Source: Alphaproteobacteria bacterium (GTDB lineage Bacteria; Pseudomonadota; Alphaproteobacteria; MPNO01). From it: DNA of 64,000 bases. Below are positions 1-9,687 of the stretch, piece by piece. The stretch is taken from positions 1,184,001 through 1,248,000 of the forward strand of contig OZ219866.1 in NCBI GenBank assembly GCA_964291675.2. The letters run 5' to 3'. A program made the translations under genes and the position numbers. The notes beneath the pieces were generated by a model that had not been told where the DNA came from, ran no database searches, and saw nothing but the letters and a program-made list of their open reading frames with translations. Each line of letters starts with the position of its first letter. The stretch's first letter is position 1.

Positions 1-1
1 G

Positions 2-751
2 ACGACCGGGGAAGCGGCACAGGCGCGGGCGAAGCTGGAAGCCTTCGAGGGCGAGATCGACGGCCACATCGACCGGCATCTCCGGGTCAAGGTCCATCTC
101 GGCTTCATGTGGCTGTGGGAGCTCGCGCATCACCCGAAGATCCTCGACGCGGTGGAAGACCTGATCGGCCCCGACATTCTGCTCTACCTGTCGACGCTGT
201 GGTTCAAGGACGCGGGCGACGGCAAGCGGGTCTCCTGGCACCAGGATTCGGCCTATTACGGGCTGGAGCCGCATGACGTGGTCACGCTGTGGCTCGGCTT
301 CACCGATTCCAACGCGGAGAACGGCTGCGTGCAGGTCATCCCGGGCACCCACAAGGAGCCCGACTACGTCCATGTCGAGACCTATGCGGAGAACAACCTG
401 CTGGCGCGCGGCCAGACCATCGAGGAGATCGACGACTCGAGGGCGGTGAAGCTGGAGCTCAAGGCCGGGCAGTTCTCGCTGCACCACGAGCGGCTGGTGC
501 ACGGCTCGGCGCCGAATCGGTCGGACGACCGCCGGCTCGGCATGTCGTTCACCTATCTGCCGACCTATGTGCGCTGCAACCTGCCCAACCGCACGGCGGT
601 GCTGTGCCGCGGCGTCGACGAGTACAATCACTGGCAGCGCGACCCCGAGCCGCAATGCGACCGCGACCCGGTGTGCTGGGAGGCGATCCGCTTCTGGATC
701 GAGGGCTACGCCGACCCCGACATCACCCAGGAAGCGCTGATCACCCGTTGA
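2..751 (+). CDS. Phytanoyl-CoA dioxygenase (PhyH) family Fe(II)/2OG dioxygenase, 5' end outside window
   Basis: WHQDS (HxD) and distal HGS motifs; frame open to window start; paralog at 23269. Confidence 0.88.
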   Translation, partial: TTGEAAQARAKLEAFEGEIDGHIDRHLRVKVHLGFMWLWELAHHPKILDAVEDLIGPDILLYLSTLWFKDAGDGKRVSWHQDSAYYGLEPHDVVTLWLGFTDSNAENGCVQVIPGTHKEPDYVHVETYAENNLLARGQTIEEIDDSRAVKLELKAGQFSLHHERLVHGSAPNRSDDRRLGMSFTYLPTYVRCNLPNRTAVLCRGVDEYNHWQRDPEPQCDRDPVCWEAIRFWIEGYADPDITQEALITR

Positions 752-873
752 GGGCGTCCTTCGATACGCCCCGGATCGGGTCCGGGGCTACTCGGGATGA
801 GCATACGCGGTGGGCGGCCCAATACCCTCTCCTCTTTCCGGGTAGGCCCGAAGCGCCGTATCGAGGGATGCCC
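752..873. repeat. REP-like palindromic intergenic element
   Basis: Arms GGGCGTCCTTCGATACG (752-768) / CGTATCGAGGGATGCCC (857-873); related sequence at ~57343 and 57709-57915. Confidence 0.6.
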
Positions 874-956
874 GGCCCGCTCTATCATTGCAAGGCGACG
901 AGCGACCTCATCGCGCAGCGGCGCTGTGCCGCCCGCCCCATGGCGGGCCGACCATA

Positions 957-2210
957 GTGGCGCGGGCCTCCTGGCTCGGCGGTATCGGGACCGCGCTCGG
1001 GCATCGCGACTACCGGGTCTACTCGATCGGCGCCTCTGGGCCGTTTCTCGGCACCTGGATCTACCGCACCGCGCTCGGCTGGCTCGCCTGGGAGCTGACG
1101 CGCTCGCCGGCCTGGCTCGGCATCGTGGTGTTCTGCGAGGTGGTGCCGATCATCGCGCTGGTGCCGCTGACCGGGGCGGCGACCGACCGGCTCGGCGCCT
1201 ACCGGATTTTCAGGACGGCGCAAGCCTCCGGCGCTTGCGTCATGGCGGCGCTCGCGCTCGCCACGGCGCTGGGCGCGATCTCCATCGAGCTGTTGCTGGC
1301 GCTGACCGTGCTGAACGGCGTCAACATGGCCTTCATGCAACCCTCCTATTTCGCCCTGGTCGCCAACCTGGTGCCGCGCGAGGCGCTGTCGTCGGCGGTC
1401 GCCCTGCAATCCTCGATGGTCCAGACCGCGCGCTTCGTCGGCCCGGCGATCGCCGGCGCGCTGCTGCTCTGGCAGGGCGCGGCGGCGGCGTTCGCGGTCA
1501 ACGCGGTCTCCTATGTCGGCATGGTGGCGGCGCTGCTCGCGATCTCGTATCGCGATCCGGCGCGGATGGCGGGTCCCGCCGGCGGGCTGCTCGGCGACGT
1601 GGCCCAGGGGCTCCGCTACATCGCCGGCCACGCGACCATCCGCACGCTTCTGTTGATGACGGTCGCGTTCTCGGTGCTGCTGCGCCCGGTGGTCGAGCTG
1701 CTGCCGGCCTTCGCAGCCGAGGTGTTCGGGCGCGGCGCGGACGGGCTGGCGACCCTGCTGTCCGCGGCGGGAGCGGGCGCCATCGTCGGCTCGCTGGTGC
1801 TCGCCCGGCGCGGCAGGACGCAGGGTCTGACGCGGCTCCTCGGGGCTTCCGGCGCGCTCTGCGGCATCGTCGTCGCCGGGTTCGCCGCGACCGATGCGTT
1901 CTGGCTCGGCATCGCCCTGATGGCCACCTACGGGCTGCTCTCCAACGCCAACTCGATCTGCAGCCAGATCCTGATCCAGAACTGCGTCGACCCGGCGATG
2001 CGGGCCCGCGTGATGAGCCTGGTCGGGCTCACCTTCCGCGCCGTGCCGGCGGCGAGCGCGGCGCTGTTCGGGGCGCTCGCGGCAGTGTTCTCCCTCGGCC
2101 CGCCGATCGCGGTGGCGGCCTTGCTCGGCACCCTCGTCGGGTTGTGGACGCTGAACCTGATCCGCAGCGCGCGCCTCGACGAGCGCGCCGAGGGGCCGCC
2201 CGCGGGTTAG
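957..2210 (+). CDS. MFS transporter
   Basis: About 12 hydrophobic segments, GAATDRLG motif A; GTG start at 957 approximate. Confidence 0.85.
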   Translation: MARASWLGGIGTALGHRDYRVYSIGASGPFLGTWIYRTALGWLAWELTRSPAWLGIVVFCEVVPIIALVPLTGAATDRLGAYRIFRTAQASGACVMAALALATALGAISIELLLALTVLNGVNMAFMQPSYFALVANLVPREALSSAVALQSSMVQTARFVGPAIAGALLLWQGAAAAFAVNAVSYVGMVAALLAISYRDPARMAGPAGGLLGDVAQGLRYIAGHATIRTLLLMTVAFSVLLRPVVELLPAFAAEVFGRGADGLATLLSAAGAGAIVGSLVLARRGRTQGLTRLLGASGALCGIVVAGFAATDAFWLGIALMATYGLLSNANSICSQILIQNCVDPAMRARVMSLVGLTFRAVPAASAALFGALAAVFSLGPPIAVAALLGTLVGLWTLNLIRSARLDERAEGPPAG

Positions 2211-2320
2211 GGCGGAGGCGGTCCCATTCGGCGCGGCGGCGCGGCGGTTGTCGGACTGGCAGCCATAGGTTACAGCGGTGCGCGATCGTGCCCATCGAGA
2301 GCGCCGCGCCGGAGGCAGGT

Positions 2321-2608
2321 ATGACCGAAACATTCACCAGGTGGGATGTCACCGAGCATCTTCGCACCCGGGAAGATGCGCGCCTTTACTTGCAGGCCTG
2401 CGCGGAGGAGGATCCGGGCGACGGCAGCCTGATCCGCGCGGCGCTCAACGACATCGCTCGCGCCGGCAACATGAGCAGGCTGGCCCGCGACGCCGGGATG
2501 AGCCGCGAAGGGCTCTACAAGGCCCTGTCGGAGGACGGCAATCCCAGCTTCGCCACGGTGATGCGGATCGCCAGGGCGCTCGGGATGCGGCTGCGGATTA
2601 CCGTCTAG
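2321..2608 (+). CDS. Putative addiction module antidote protein (HI1420-like XRE HTH), no adjacent toxin
   Basis: GGAGG RBS; ALNDIARAGNMSRLARDAGMSREGLYKALSEDGNPSFATV signature. Confidence 0.85.
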   Translation: MTETFTRWDVTEHLRTREDARLYLQACAEEDPGDGSLIRAALNDIARAGNMSRLARDAGMSREGLYKALSEDGNPSFATVMRIARALGMRLRITV

Positions 2609-3404
2609 CGGGCGGCGTCCGCCCGGGCTCCGAGATCAGCAGGTAGCCGCGGTTCTCGACGGTGTCGAAGGTGCGCATCGCGGCGACCAGGTCGGCCGAG
2701 GCCACCCACACCCAGGGCGCCCGGTTGGGGTTCACGTCCATGATCAGGAAGGAATCGCTCGCCGCGTCATAGGCGCCGAGCGGAGAGATGTGCCCGCCGC
2801 CGGGCTGGCCGAGCGCCTTGCGCGCATAGTTGACCAGCACGTAGTCGTCGCGCGCGGCGAGGTTGCGGGCAAGCTCGCGGGCGACCGCCCCGGCATCGGC
2901 GGCCTTGTCCACCACGCGGACGGTTACCGCGAGCCCGTGGGCGCGCAGCACCCGGGCGAGCTGGCGCAGCTGCAGGCCGAAATCGCGCACGGGCTTGCCG
3001 CCGATCTCGATCGGCTTGCCGAGCACCTCGATCTTCGACTTGGTGCGTTCGGTCAGCACGTTGTTCGGCGTGTACTTGCCGAAGAACGGGTTGAAGCCCT
3101 GGGGCAGAAAGGCGCGCTCGTCCTCGGCGATGGATTGCCGGTCCTCGGGCAGGCCCTGCTTCCGGCCCAGCCTGAGCGCGTTCAGCACGATGGCCGACGA
3201 GACCGGGCCGCAGAAGATCTTGTTGTCCTGGCTCACGAAGTGGTTGCTGAGCGGGAAGAAGTCGGTCTTGTGGGCGGAACGCGCGAGGCGCCGGAGGCTC
3301 TCCCCGGACTGCCATTCGACCAGCTCGGGCGCGGCACCCGAAGGGCTTCCCGCCGCCACGGCGGCGGGCAGCGCGAGGAGCAGCAGCAGCGCGGATCGTT
3401 TCAT
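2598..3404 (-). CDS. Phytochelatin synthase family protein with signal peptide
   Basis: QDNKIFCG (Cys), GGHISPLGAY (His), MDVN (Asp) triad; N-terminus MKRSALLLLLALPAAVAA; ATGA overlap with upstream gene. Confidence 0.85.
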   Translation of the reverse strand: MKRSALLLLLALPAAVAAGSPSGAAPELVEWQSGESLRRLARSAHKTDFFPLSNHFVSQDNKIFCGPVSSAIVLNALRLGRKQGLPEDRQSIAEDERAFLPQGFNPFFGKYTPNNVLTERTKSKIEVLGKPIEIGGKPVRDFGLQLRQLARVLRAHGLAVTVRVVDKAADAGAVARELARNLAARDDYVLVNYARKALGQPGGGHISPLGAYDAASDSFLIMDVNPNRAPWVWVASADLVAAMRTFDTVENRGYLLISEPGRTPPARR

Positions 3405-4441
3405 CGTTGCCTCCCGGCTCCCGCCTCGGCCTCGATGCGCTGCGCGAGCATGCGGCGGAAGGCGAGCCCGGGCCCGTCCACGCTGATGTCGATCGAGAAC
3501 GCCCCCGGGCGGCGGTCGATATTCGCCTGCTGGGCGGCGAGGATCGAGACGTCCTCGCCAAAGACGCGGCGGAAATCGACCCGGAAGCGCGCGTCCATCG
3601 CCGCGTCGTCGAGGGCGAAGCTCCGCGCATGCGCGTAGAAATAATGCGTGGTGGTCGCGGTCTCGGGCGTCATGGCGTTGAGGTTGAAGAACTCGACCCT
3701 CCGTTCCGTCGGGGCGTCGGCGCCGCCGGCGCCCGCCGGCGCGCAGCCGGCATGCACCGTGTTGTAGGCGGGGAGCGTGGACACCGCGACCTGCCAGCGG
3801 TCGACATTGCCGTCGAACCCGCCCATCTCGCCATAGAGCGGCGGCGCCGGCGAGTCGGCCACCAGCCGCGACATGGTGACGAAGTCCTCGCCGCGCCCGG
3901 TCTCGATCGGGAAGTCGGCGACGTTGTCGGTGCCGATCGAGCCCGCATGCACATAGGCGACATGCGAGAGATCGAGCAGGTTGTCGTTGAGCAGCAGGTA
4001 GTTCGCCTCGACATGGAAGGGCTCGCCGCCTTTGACCGGGCGCCAGTCGGGATGGTCCATCCACCACCAGTCGGGGATCAGCGCGGGGTCGGCGGCCTCG
4101 GCATCGCCCATCCAGATCCACACCCAGCCATGGCGCTCGGCGAGCGGGAAGGCACGGACGCCCGCGCCGGGCGGGACGGTCGACTGGCCGGGCACCGCAA
4201 CGCAGCGCCCGTTCGCATCGAAGCGGAGCCCGTGATAGCCGCACTGGAGGGTCTCGCCCACCAGGCGTCCCATCGAGAGCGGCAGCGCGCGGTGGCAGCA
4301 GCGGTCCTCGAGCGCGGCCGCCCGGCCGTCCGGGGTGCGGAACAGGACCACCGGCCGGCCCAGGATCGTGCGGGCGAGCGGGGTCCCGGCGACCTCGTCG
4401 TCCCAGGCGGCGGCGTACCAGCAATTCTTCAGATACGTCAT
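3401..4441 (-). CDS. Rieske non-heme iron oxygenase (VanA-like)
   Basis: CCHR...CGYHG Rieske motif; DNLLDLSHVAYVH Fe site. Confidence 0.9.
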   Translation of the reverse strand: MTYLKNCWYAAAWDDEVAGTPLARTILGRPVVLFRTPDGRAAALEDRCCHRALPLSMGRLVGETLQCGYHGLRFDANGRCVAVPGQSTVPPGAGVRAFPLAERHGWVWIWMGDAEAADPALIPDWWWMDHPDWRPVKGGEPFHVEANYLLLNDNLLDLSHVAYVHAGSIGTDNVADFPIETGRGEDFVTMSRLVADSPAPPLYGEMGGFDGNVDRWQVAVSTLPAYNTVHAGCAPAGAGGADAPTERRVEFFNLNAMTPETATTTHYFYAHARSFALDDAAMDARFRVDFRRVFGEDVSILAAQQANIDRRPGAFSIDISVDGPGLAFRRMLAQRIEAEAGAGRQR

Positions 4442-5391
4442 GCAGCCTCCGCCAGCCTGGGGAACAGGCGCCTCGCGTTGCCGTGTTCCATCATCGCGCG
4501 GCCCGCCGCGTCGAACCCCTCGTAGCCGTCGGTCCCGGCGGTCTCCGAATCCGCGACCTCGTCTGGAATATAGGGATAGTCGGTGCCGAACAGAATGCGG
4601 TCCGGCCCGGCGAGGGCTTGCAGCGCGGCGAGCGCCGCCGCATCGCCCGACAGCGCGGTGTCGTAGTAGAGCCGGCCGAGATAGGCGCGCGCGCCGTCGG
4701 GGTAGTTCTCGCGGAAGCGGGTGAGCGTGTCGAAGATCTCGATCCGGTGGGCGAGCGCCGGCAGCGCGCCGCCGGCATGCGACAGGATGAACCGGATCCC
4801 GGGCATCTCCGCCAGCACCCCGTTGAACAGCAGGCTCGCCGCCGCCCGCGCGGTTTCGCAGGGGTAGTCGACGATCGGCCTCGGCACGATATAGTCGCTC
4901 TCGGCGCTCTCGGCCGGGTAGGTCGGGTGGATGAGCACCACGGCGGCGCGCCGGTCGAGCTCGCGGTAGATCTCGCGGAAATCGGCATGGCCCGCCGGGC
5001 GGTCGTCGTTCCGCGTCAGGTGCATGAACCCGTCGAGGCCCACGGTCTCGGCGTATTCGATCTCGGCCAGGCAGTCGTCGACGTCGGGGAAGGGGAGCGC
5101 GGCGAAGGCGCCGAAACGGCCCGCGTGGCCGGCGATCAGCCCGGCGAGATAGTCGTTGCAGCGCCGCGCGAGGTCCCGGCAGGCCGCCCGGTCGCCGTAG
5201 TAGAGGCCGGGCGCCGAGAACGACAGGACCGCGGTGGCGATCCCCTGCCGGTCCATCAGCGCGAGCGAGGTCTCCGGCGACCAGTCGGGGAACGGCCGGT
5301 AGGCGGTCGAGGGATAGCCGCCCGCGGTCTGCGCCTCGCGGAAGAACCGCGGCAGCACGTGGTGGTGAACGTCGATGCGGTCCTGTCTCAT
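4438..5391 (-). CDS. Amidohydrolase_2 family protein (decarboxylase/hydrolase-like)
   Basis: IDVHHH, IHP, LSHAGG, LFGTDYP motifs. Confidence 0.88.
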   Translation of the reverse strand: MRQDRIDVHHHVLPRFFREAQTAGGYPSTAYRPFPDWSPETSLALMDRQGIATAVLSFSAPGLYYGDRAACRDLARRCNDYLAGLIAGHAGRFGAFAALPFPDVDDCLAEIEYAETVGLDGFMHLTRNDDRPAGHADFREIYRELDRRAAVVLIHPTYPAESAESDYIVPRPIVDYPCETARAAASLLFNGVLAEMPGIRFILSHAGGALPALAHRIEIFDTLTRFRENYPDGARAYLGRLYYDTALSGDAAALAALQALAGPDRILFGTDYPYIPDEVADSETAGTDGYEGFDAAGRAMMEHGNARRLFPRLAEAA

Positions 5392-6488
5392 GCGCGGTCC
5401 CAGGTGGGTTGGGCGGGAGAGGGCACTATAGCGCGGCTGGGCGGCACGGGTCGGGCGAGGCGCCGGGGCGGCGGGTTGAACGCCGGATTCTCCGGTGCTG
5501 CGGCCGGGCCCCAGGCGGAGATGTCCGGATCGGCGACCGGCGCGCCGCGCCCGCGCAGGCGGTCTCGTACATAGCCGGCAAGCCCGCCGGGGACGGCCAT
5601 CGCCCACAGCAGCCGGGCGCGCGCATGGCGGAGGTCGCGAAGCTGGCGCCGGGGCGAGCGTCCGATGTGCAGGCCCAGTCTCGTGATCTTGCGCGCGGCG
5701 TTCAGGAATGCCATCGGCTTGTTCCGGCAATAGTCGAAATCGTCGTTGAGCCTGGCGAGCGCCTGCAGATAGTTCCCGCGCGGCCACTTGACGGCGTCCG
5801 GCCATGCGTCGGACAGGCGCGCCTCACCGTCGTTCCTGAAATAGCGCCGGATCGGACGATCGACGATTATCGACTGGTACCGCCGGGACGTCCGGTTGTG
5901 CGTGACGCTTTCCGGGCAGTGTTCCGAATTCGTCAACTCGACGAATCTCTGTTTCCTGCAAACTGGCGTTTTCATCACGCCGATCATCTCGCCGGAGAAA
6001 TTCGGCCCGTAATACGCTTCCCGGAAGGATTGTCGCAGCGCTTCCCCCGGCATCGCGCTTTCATGCGCCAGGCGTCCAAGCAGTGTTCCGGTCTCGTCCA
6101 CACAGCGGAACACCAGCTGGTACGCGTCCGGATTGGCGTCGATCCGGGTGTGCTCGCGCCAATACGCTACGGTCTCCAGGGCATCGTCGAGCAGCGCATC
6201 GTCGCTGTCCAGGATCAACGTGTAGTCCCCCGAAAGGAATTCGGTTCCGGAATTCACGGCCGCGTTTCTTCCCCGGTTCCCGTCGTAGCGGTACCAGGAG
6301 ATCGGGAAGCCGGCCTCGGCCTGCCAGCGGGCGAGAAGGGAGGGCGTGTCGTCGGTCGAGCCGTCATCCACCACGACCCATTCGAAATCGCCTGTCTTCT
6401 GCCGCCTCAGGCTGTCATAGGCGCGGTGCAGCACGTGCGCGCGGTTATAGGTCGGCGTCAGGATCGAGAACGCTGGCCGCGCGGGCAT
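5388..6488 (-). CDS. Glycosyltransferase family 2
   Basis: TPTYNR, VVDDGSTD, LDSDD motifs. Confidence 0.88.
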   Translation of the reverse strand: MPARPAFSILTPTYNRAHVLHRAYDSLRRQKTGDFEWVVVDDGSTDDTPSLLARWQAEAGFPISWYRYDGNRGRNAAVNSGTEFLSGDYTLILDSDDALLDDALETVAYWREHTRIDANPDAYQLVFRCVDETGTLLGRLAHESAMPGEALRQSFREAYYGPNFSGEMIGVMKTPVCRKQRFVELTNSEHCPESVTHNRTSRRYQSIIVDRPIRRYFRNDGEARLSDAWPDAVKWPRGNYLQALARLNDDFDYCRNKPMAFLNAARKITRLGLHIGRSPRRQLRDLRHARARLLWAMAVPGGLAGYVRDRLRGRGAPVADPDISAWGPAAAPENPAFNPPPRRLARPVPPSRAIVPSPAQPTWDRA

Positions 6489-6717
6489 CAACGGGCCCTC
6501 CTGCCGTCGCGGGGGAGGTGCGCGGCAACGACTTTGCGAAGTTCGTTCGCCATCCTTTCCGGCGCGGAGCCGGCGGTTCGGGCACACCAGACGGTGTCGG
6601 TCGCGGATCGGGTCGGTGCCCGCGGCATGACCCTCGCGAGCGTGCGAGGTCCGCCCGCCGGGCCAGCCCGGTCCGGGCGCAGGACGATATCCGGAACGCG
6701 AAACGGCTGTGCGGGCA

Positions 6718-7578
6718 TCAACGCTCGTCTTCGTCGCGAAAAAACCCTCCCAGCGCGAATTCGGCTTCGGGCGGGTTCAGGGGTTCTCCCGCGGAACCGG
6801 GAACAAAGGTCAGTTCTCCGACCCTTATTTCGCGCTCGGTGGCGTACAGGTCCACCCGGACGAACGGGAACGGGGCCGAAAGACGCCGCGCCACGCGGAG
6901 CATATCATCGAGCAGCGCGGGTCTCGGATCGTCGGCGTCCCTGCCCGGATAGAGCAGCGTGGCGGGGATGCGGGCCCACGATATGTCGTACAGGTTTCGC
7001 GTGTGTCCCGCGAAACGGTCCGAATCCACCTGGATAAGTTTTGGGACGCCTCGGACGCAAAAGATCTTGTAGTCGTCGGGGACCGTCCTTCCATCCTCCG
7101 AGAAGAACGCCTCGACGATGATCTTGGGAACCAGGTGGCGATAGTTGTGTTCCTGGGAGAGACGGTAGTAGCGGATCCCGAACCATTGCCGCAGTTCGCC
7201 GCGATCGGGGAAATCGGACGGATCCATGCAGATCGCCGCCTGACCGCTGGAATGGGTGGGCTTGATGACGCATGGAAACCGGTCGGGAACGTAGGTCTCC
7301 AAGTCTTCCGGGTGCCGCAGGATGCGATAGGTCTCGATCGCGTATCCGCTTCCCAGGACCGATGAAATGTACTGCTTCGCATACTCCTTGTCGGTGACGA
7401 ACTGGATCAGCGGGTCGTAACCCAGCCCGCTCGTCTTCAGTGCGAAGAGATGGTCGTTGAAGCGGACGGGGCGGCGCCGCGGGAACCGGCCGAGCCGCTT
7501 GCGAAATCGGTACAGCGCGAACAGCCGGTCCCCCCAGAGGGTCGTCGGCAAAATTTGTCGCAACAATGTCTCGCTCAT
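6718..7578 (-). CDS. TupA-like ATP-grasp amidoligase
   Basis: TDKEYAK, IKPTHSSG, DYKIFC, VRVDLY, GELTFVP motifs. Confidence 0.82.
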   Translation of the reverse strand: MSETLLRQILPTTLWGDRLFALYRFRKRLGRFPRRRPVRFNDHLFALKTSGLGYDPLIQFVTDKEYAKQYISSVLGSGYAIETYRILRHPEDLETYVPDRFPCVIKPTHSSGQAAICMDPSDFPDRGELRQWFGIRYYRLSQEHNYRHLVPKIIVEAFFSEDGRTVPDDYKIFCVRGVPKLIQVDSDRFAGHTRNLYDISWARIPATLLYPGRDADDPRPALLDDMLRVARRLSAPFPFVRVDLYATEREIRVGELTFVPGSAGEPLNPPEAEFALGGFFRDEDER

Positions 7579-7584
7579 GGCCGA

Positions 7585-8889
7585 TCAGGCGCTCCGGTCC
7601 GCGGTGTCCCGGCGGACCAGCGTTTCGAACAGGGCGTCATAGGCCGCTACCGCCCGTTCCACCGAGAAGTCGTCGGCGCGGCGCCGGAGCGCCTCCGCCG
7701 GGACGGCATTGCCTTTCAGCATCTCGACGATCGCCCGTGCGAGCGCCGGCGCGTCGCCCACCGGGGTCAGGGGCCCCCAGCGGCCGGCTTCGAGGATCTC
7801 GCCCGGCCCGAACGGCGCATCGGTGGCCACCACCGGGGTTCCGCAGGCCATCGCCTCGATCAGGACGTTGGGCAGACCTTCGTAGCGCGAGGACAGGACG
7901 AACAGCGCGGCGCGCCGCATGTAGCGAAACGGGTTCTCGTCGAAGCCGAGGAGTGCGATGTCGGTCTCCGCCCCGAGCGGTCCGGCCGACGACTGGAGCT
8001 CTTCGCGATTCGCTTCGGACAGACGGCCCAGGATGGCGAGGCGCGCAGGCGTCTCGCGGCGCACGAGAGCGAAGGCCCGGACCAGGGTCGCCAGGTCCTT
8101 TTGCCCGCCGCCCCGGAACACCGAGAGCAGCACGGGCGGTTCTCCGTCGTCGAACCAGGGATGGTCCACGGCCCTCTCGGCCAGGCGCCGGATTTCCCCG
8201 AGCGGCTTGGGGTTGTAGATCGTGTGCACGCGACCGGCGTCGAGACCAAGCGCTTCGATAGCATCGGCGGCAACCCCCCGCGACACCGCCACCACCGCAT
8301 CCGCCTCGGGCGTAAGCGCGCGGGCGAAGGACTTTTGCCGCTCGCCGTAACCCTTGCCGACATTGTTGCGCAGCGAGACCGCCACCGGCACGTTCCGGCC
8401 GTTCAACGCCGCCCCGAGGACCGCGCCGTCGTTGGCAAGATGGAGCGCGGACAGCAGTAGGTCGGGCTCCGCCTCGCGGATGTAGCGGGCCACGCCCAAG
8501 GCTGCGCGCAGGCGGGAGACCCGGTTCGCGGCGCGCGGGAACCGCCGGCGCAGGCGATGCCACCCCGCGAGGGCTTTCAGCGGGCCGGTGCGGAGCGGCC
8601 GCAGCGCGACCCCGCGCGCGCGGATATAGCGCGCGAGCTCCGGGTCGGGCGTGCGGGCGAGATGGTGGTAGACGGCGATTCCGTCGGGGATCGCCGCGCG
8701 GTAAGGCCCGCTGAGGCGCAGCAGAACGAGGTCGACGCGATACCGGCGCTCGACCAGCGCCCCCGCCAGCGTCAGCATGGCCCGTTCCGCACCCCCGCCT
8801 CCCAGATCCGGCAGGACGATGCCGATATGCCGGGGCGAGATCTCGTGTCGTCGGCCGGTTGCTGTCGAAGGCGGCTGGGTCAATGCCAA
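7585..8889 (-). CDS. Glycosyltransferase family 4
   Basis: GGGAER N-terminus; SRYEGLPNVLIEAMACGTPVV. Confidence 0.9.
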   Translation of the reverse strand: MALTQPPSTATGRRHEISPRHIGIVLPDLGGGGAERAMLTLAGALVERRYRVDLVLLRLSGPYRAAIPDGIAVYHHLARTPDPELARYIRARGVALRPLRTGPLKALAGWHRLRRRFPRAANRVSRLRAALGVARYIREAEPDLLLSALHLANDGAVLGAALNGRNVPVAVSLRNNVGKGYGERQKSFARALTPEADAVVAVSRGVAADAIEALGLDAGRVHTIYNPKPLGEIRRLAERAVDHPWFDDGEPPVLLSVFRGGGQKDLATLVRAFALVRRETPARLAILGRLSEANREELQSSAGPLGAETDIALLGFDENPFRYMRRAALFVLSSRYEGLPNVLIEAMACGTPVVATDAPFGPGEILEAGRWGPLTPVGDAPALARAIVEMLKGNAVPAEALRRRADDFSVERAVAAYDALFETLVRRDTADRSA

Positions 8890-9557
8890 TCGAGATCGAT
8901 GCGCGGCCGCTCTATGCGGCTGGCCCGAATGCGAAGCGCTCTCGCGCGCGGCTCCTGCTCGCGAATCCAGGCTTCGTGAGTTTCCGCGAAAATGTAGTCA
9001 ATGCGATCCAGCATGTCCGTCCTGTCGAATAGCGCTTCCAGGATGTCGAGCTCGGCGCCTTCTATATCGACCTTCAATATCCCGATGTCTTCATTCAGCT
9101 CTTCCAGGTATCTCACAAAATCAATTTGCCGAACCGGTTCAGCCCCCTCTTCGACGACATCCGGCTTGGTCGCGATCACCGAGCTGGATTGCGACTTGAG
9201 AAGGGGATTTTGCATGTATTCGGCATGTCGGTAGAGCAGAACATTACCATCGCTTGTGCCGGCGGCGGCCTTCTCGATCCTCACATTGTCGTATCGGGCC
9301 ACTGCGCTCCGGAGAGCCGCGTACGCGGTCGAATCGGGCTCGAAAGCGATGACCTGTCTCGCCCTGCGCGCCATCTTCGTCGTGTACTTGCCGATGTTGG
9401 CGCCCAAGTCGATCGACGTCTTGCCCGTGGTTGCCCTTATCGCTTTGTCGAAGCGCATGTCCAACTGTCGGGCGAGATACTTTCGCTGGGATCGCCGCCC
9501 CCGTTCTCCTGGCAGGCGACGCAACATACGGTGCTTTATCAGACTCATCATTAGCAT
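8880..9557 (-). CDS. FkbM family methyltransferase
   Basis: IDLGANIG, AFEP, LKVDIEGAE; lower GC than neighbours. Confidence 0.87.
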   Translation of the reverse strand: MLMMSLIKHRMLRRLPGERGRRSQRKYLARQLDMRFDKAIRATTGKTSIDLGANIGKYTTKMARRARQVIAFEPDSTAYAALRSAVARYDNVRIEKAAAGTSDGNVLLYRHAEYMQNPLLKSQSSSVIATKPDVVEEGAEPVRQIDFVRYLEELNEDIGILKVDIEGAELDILEALFDRTDMLDRIDYIFAETHEAWIREQEPRARALRIRASRIERPRIDLDWH

Positions 9558-9687
9558 TTCTCACGGATCCCCACAAAGCGGAACACTTGGAAAGGTCGTG
9601 ATCGTGTCTTGCCACGCGGTCTCAAGGCTAAGGGAGTTGCGTGAACAGTCGAAGACACGTCTACGTGATGTGGTCAACTCCCACGTC

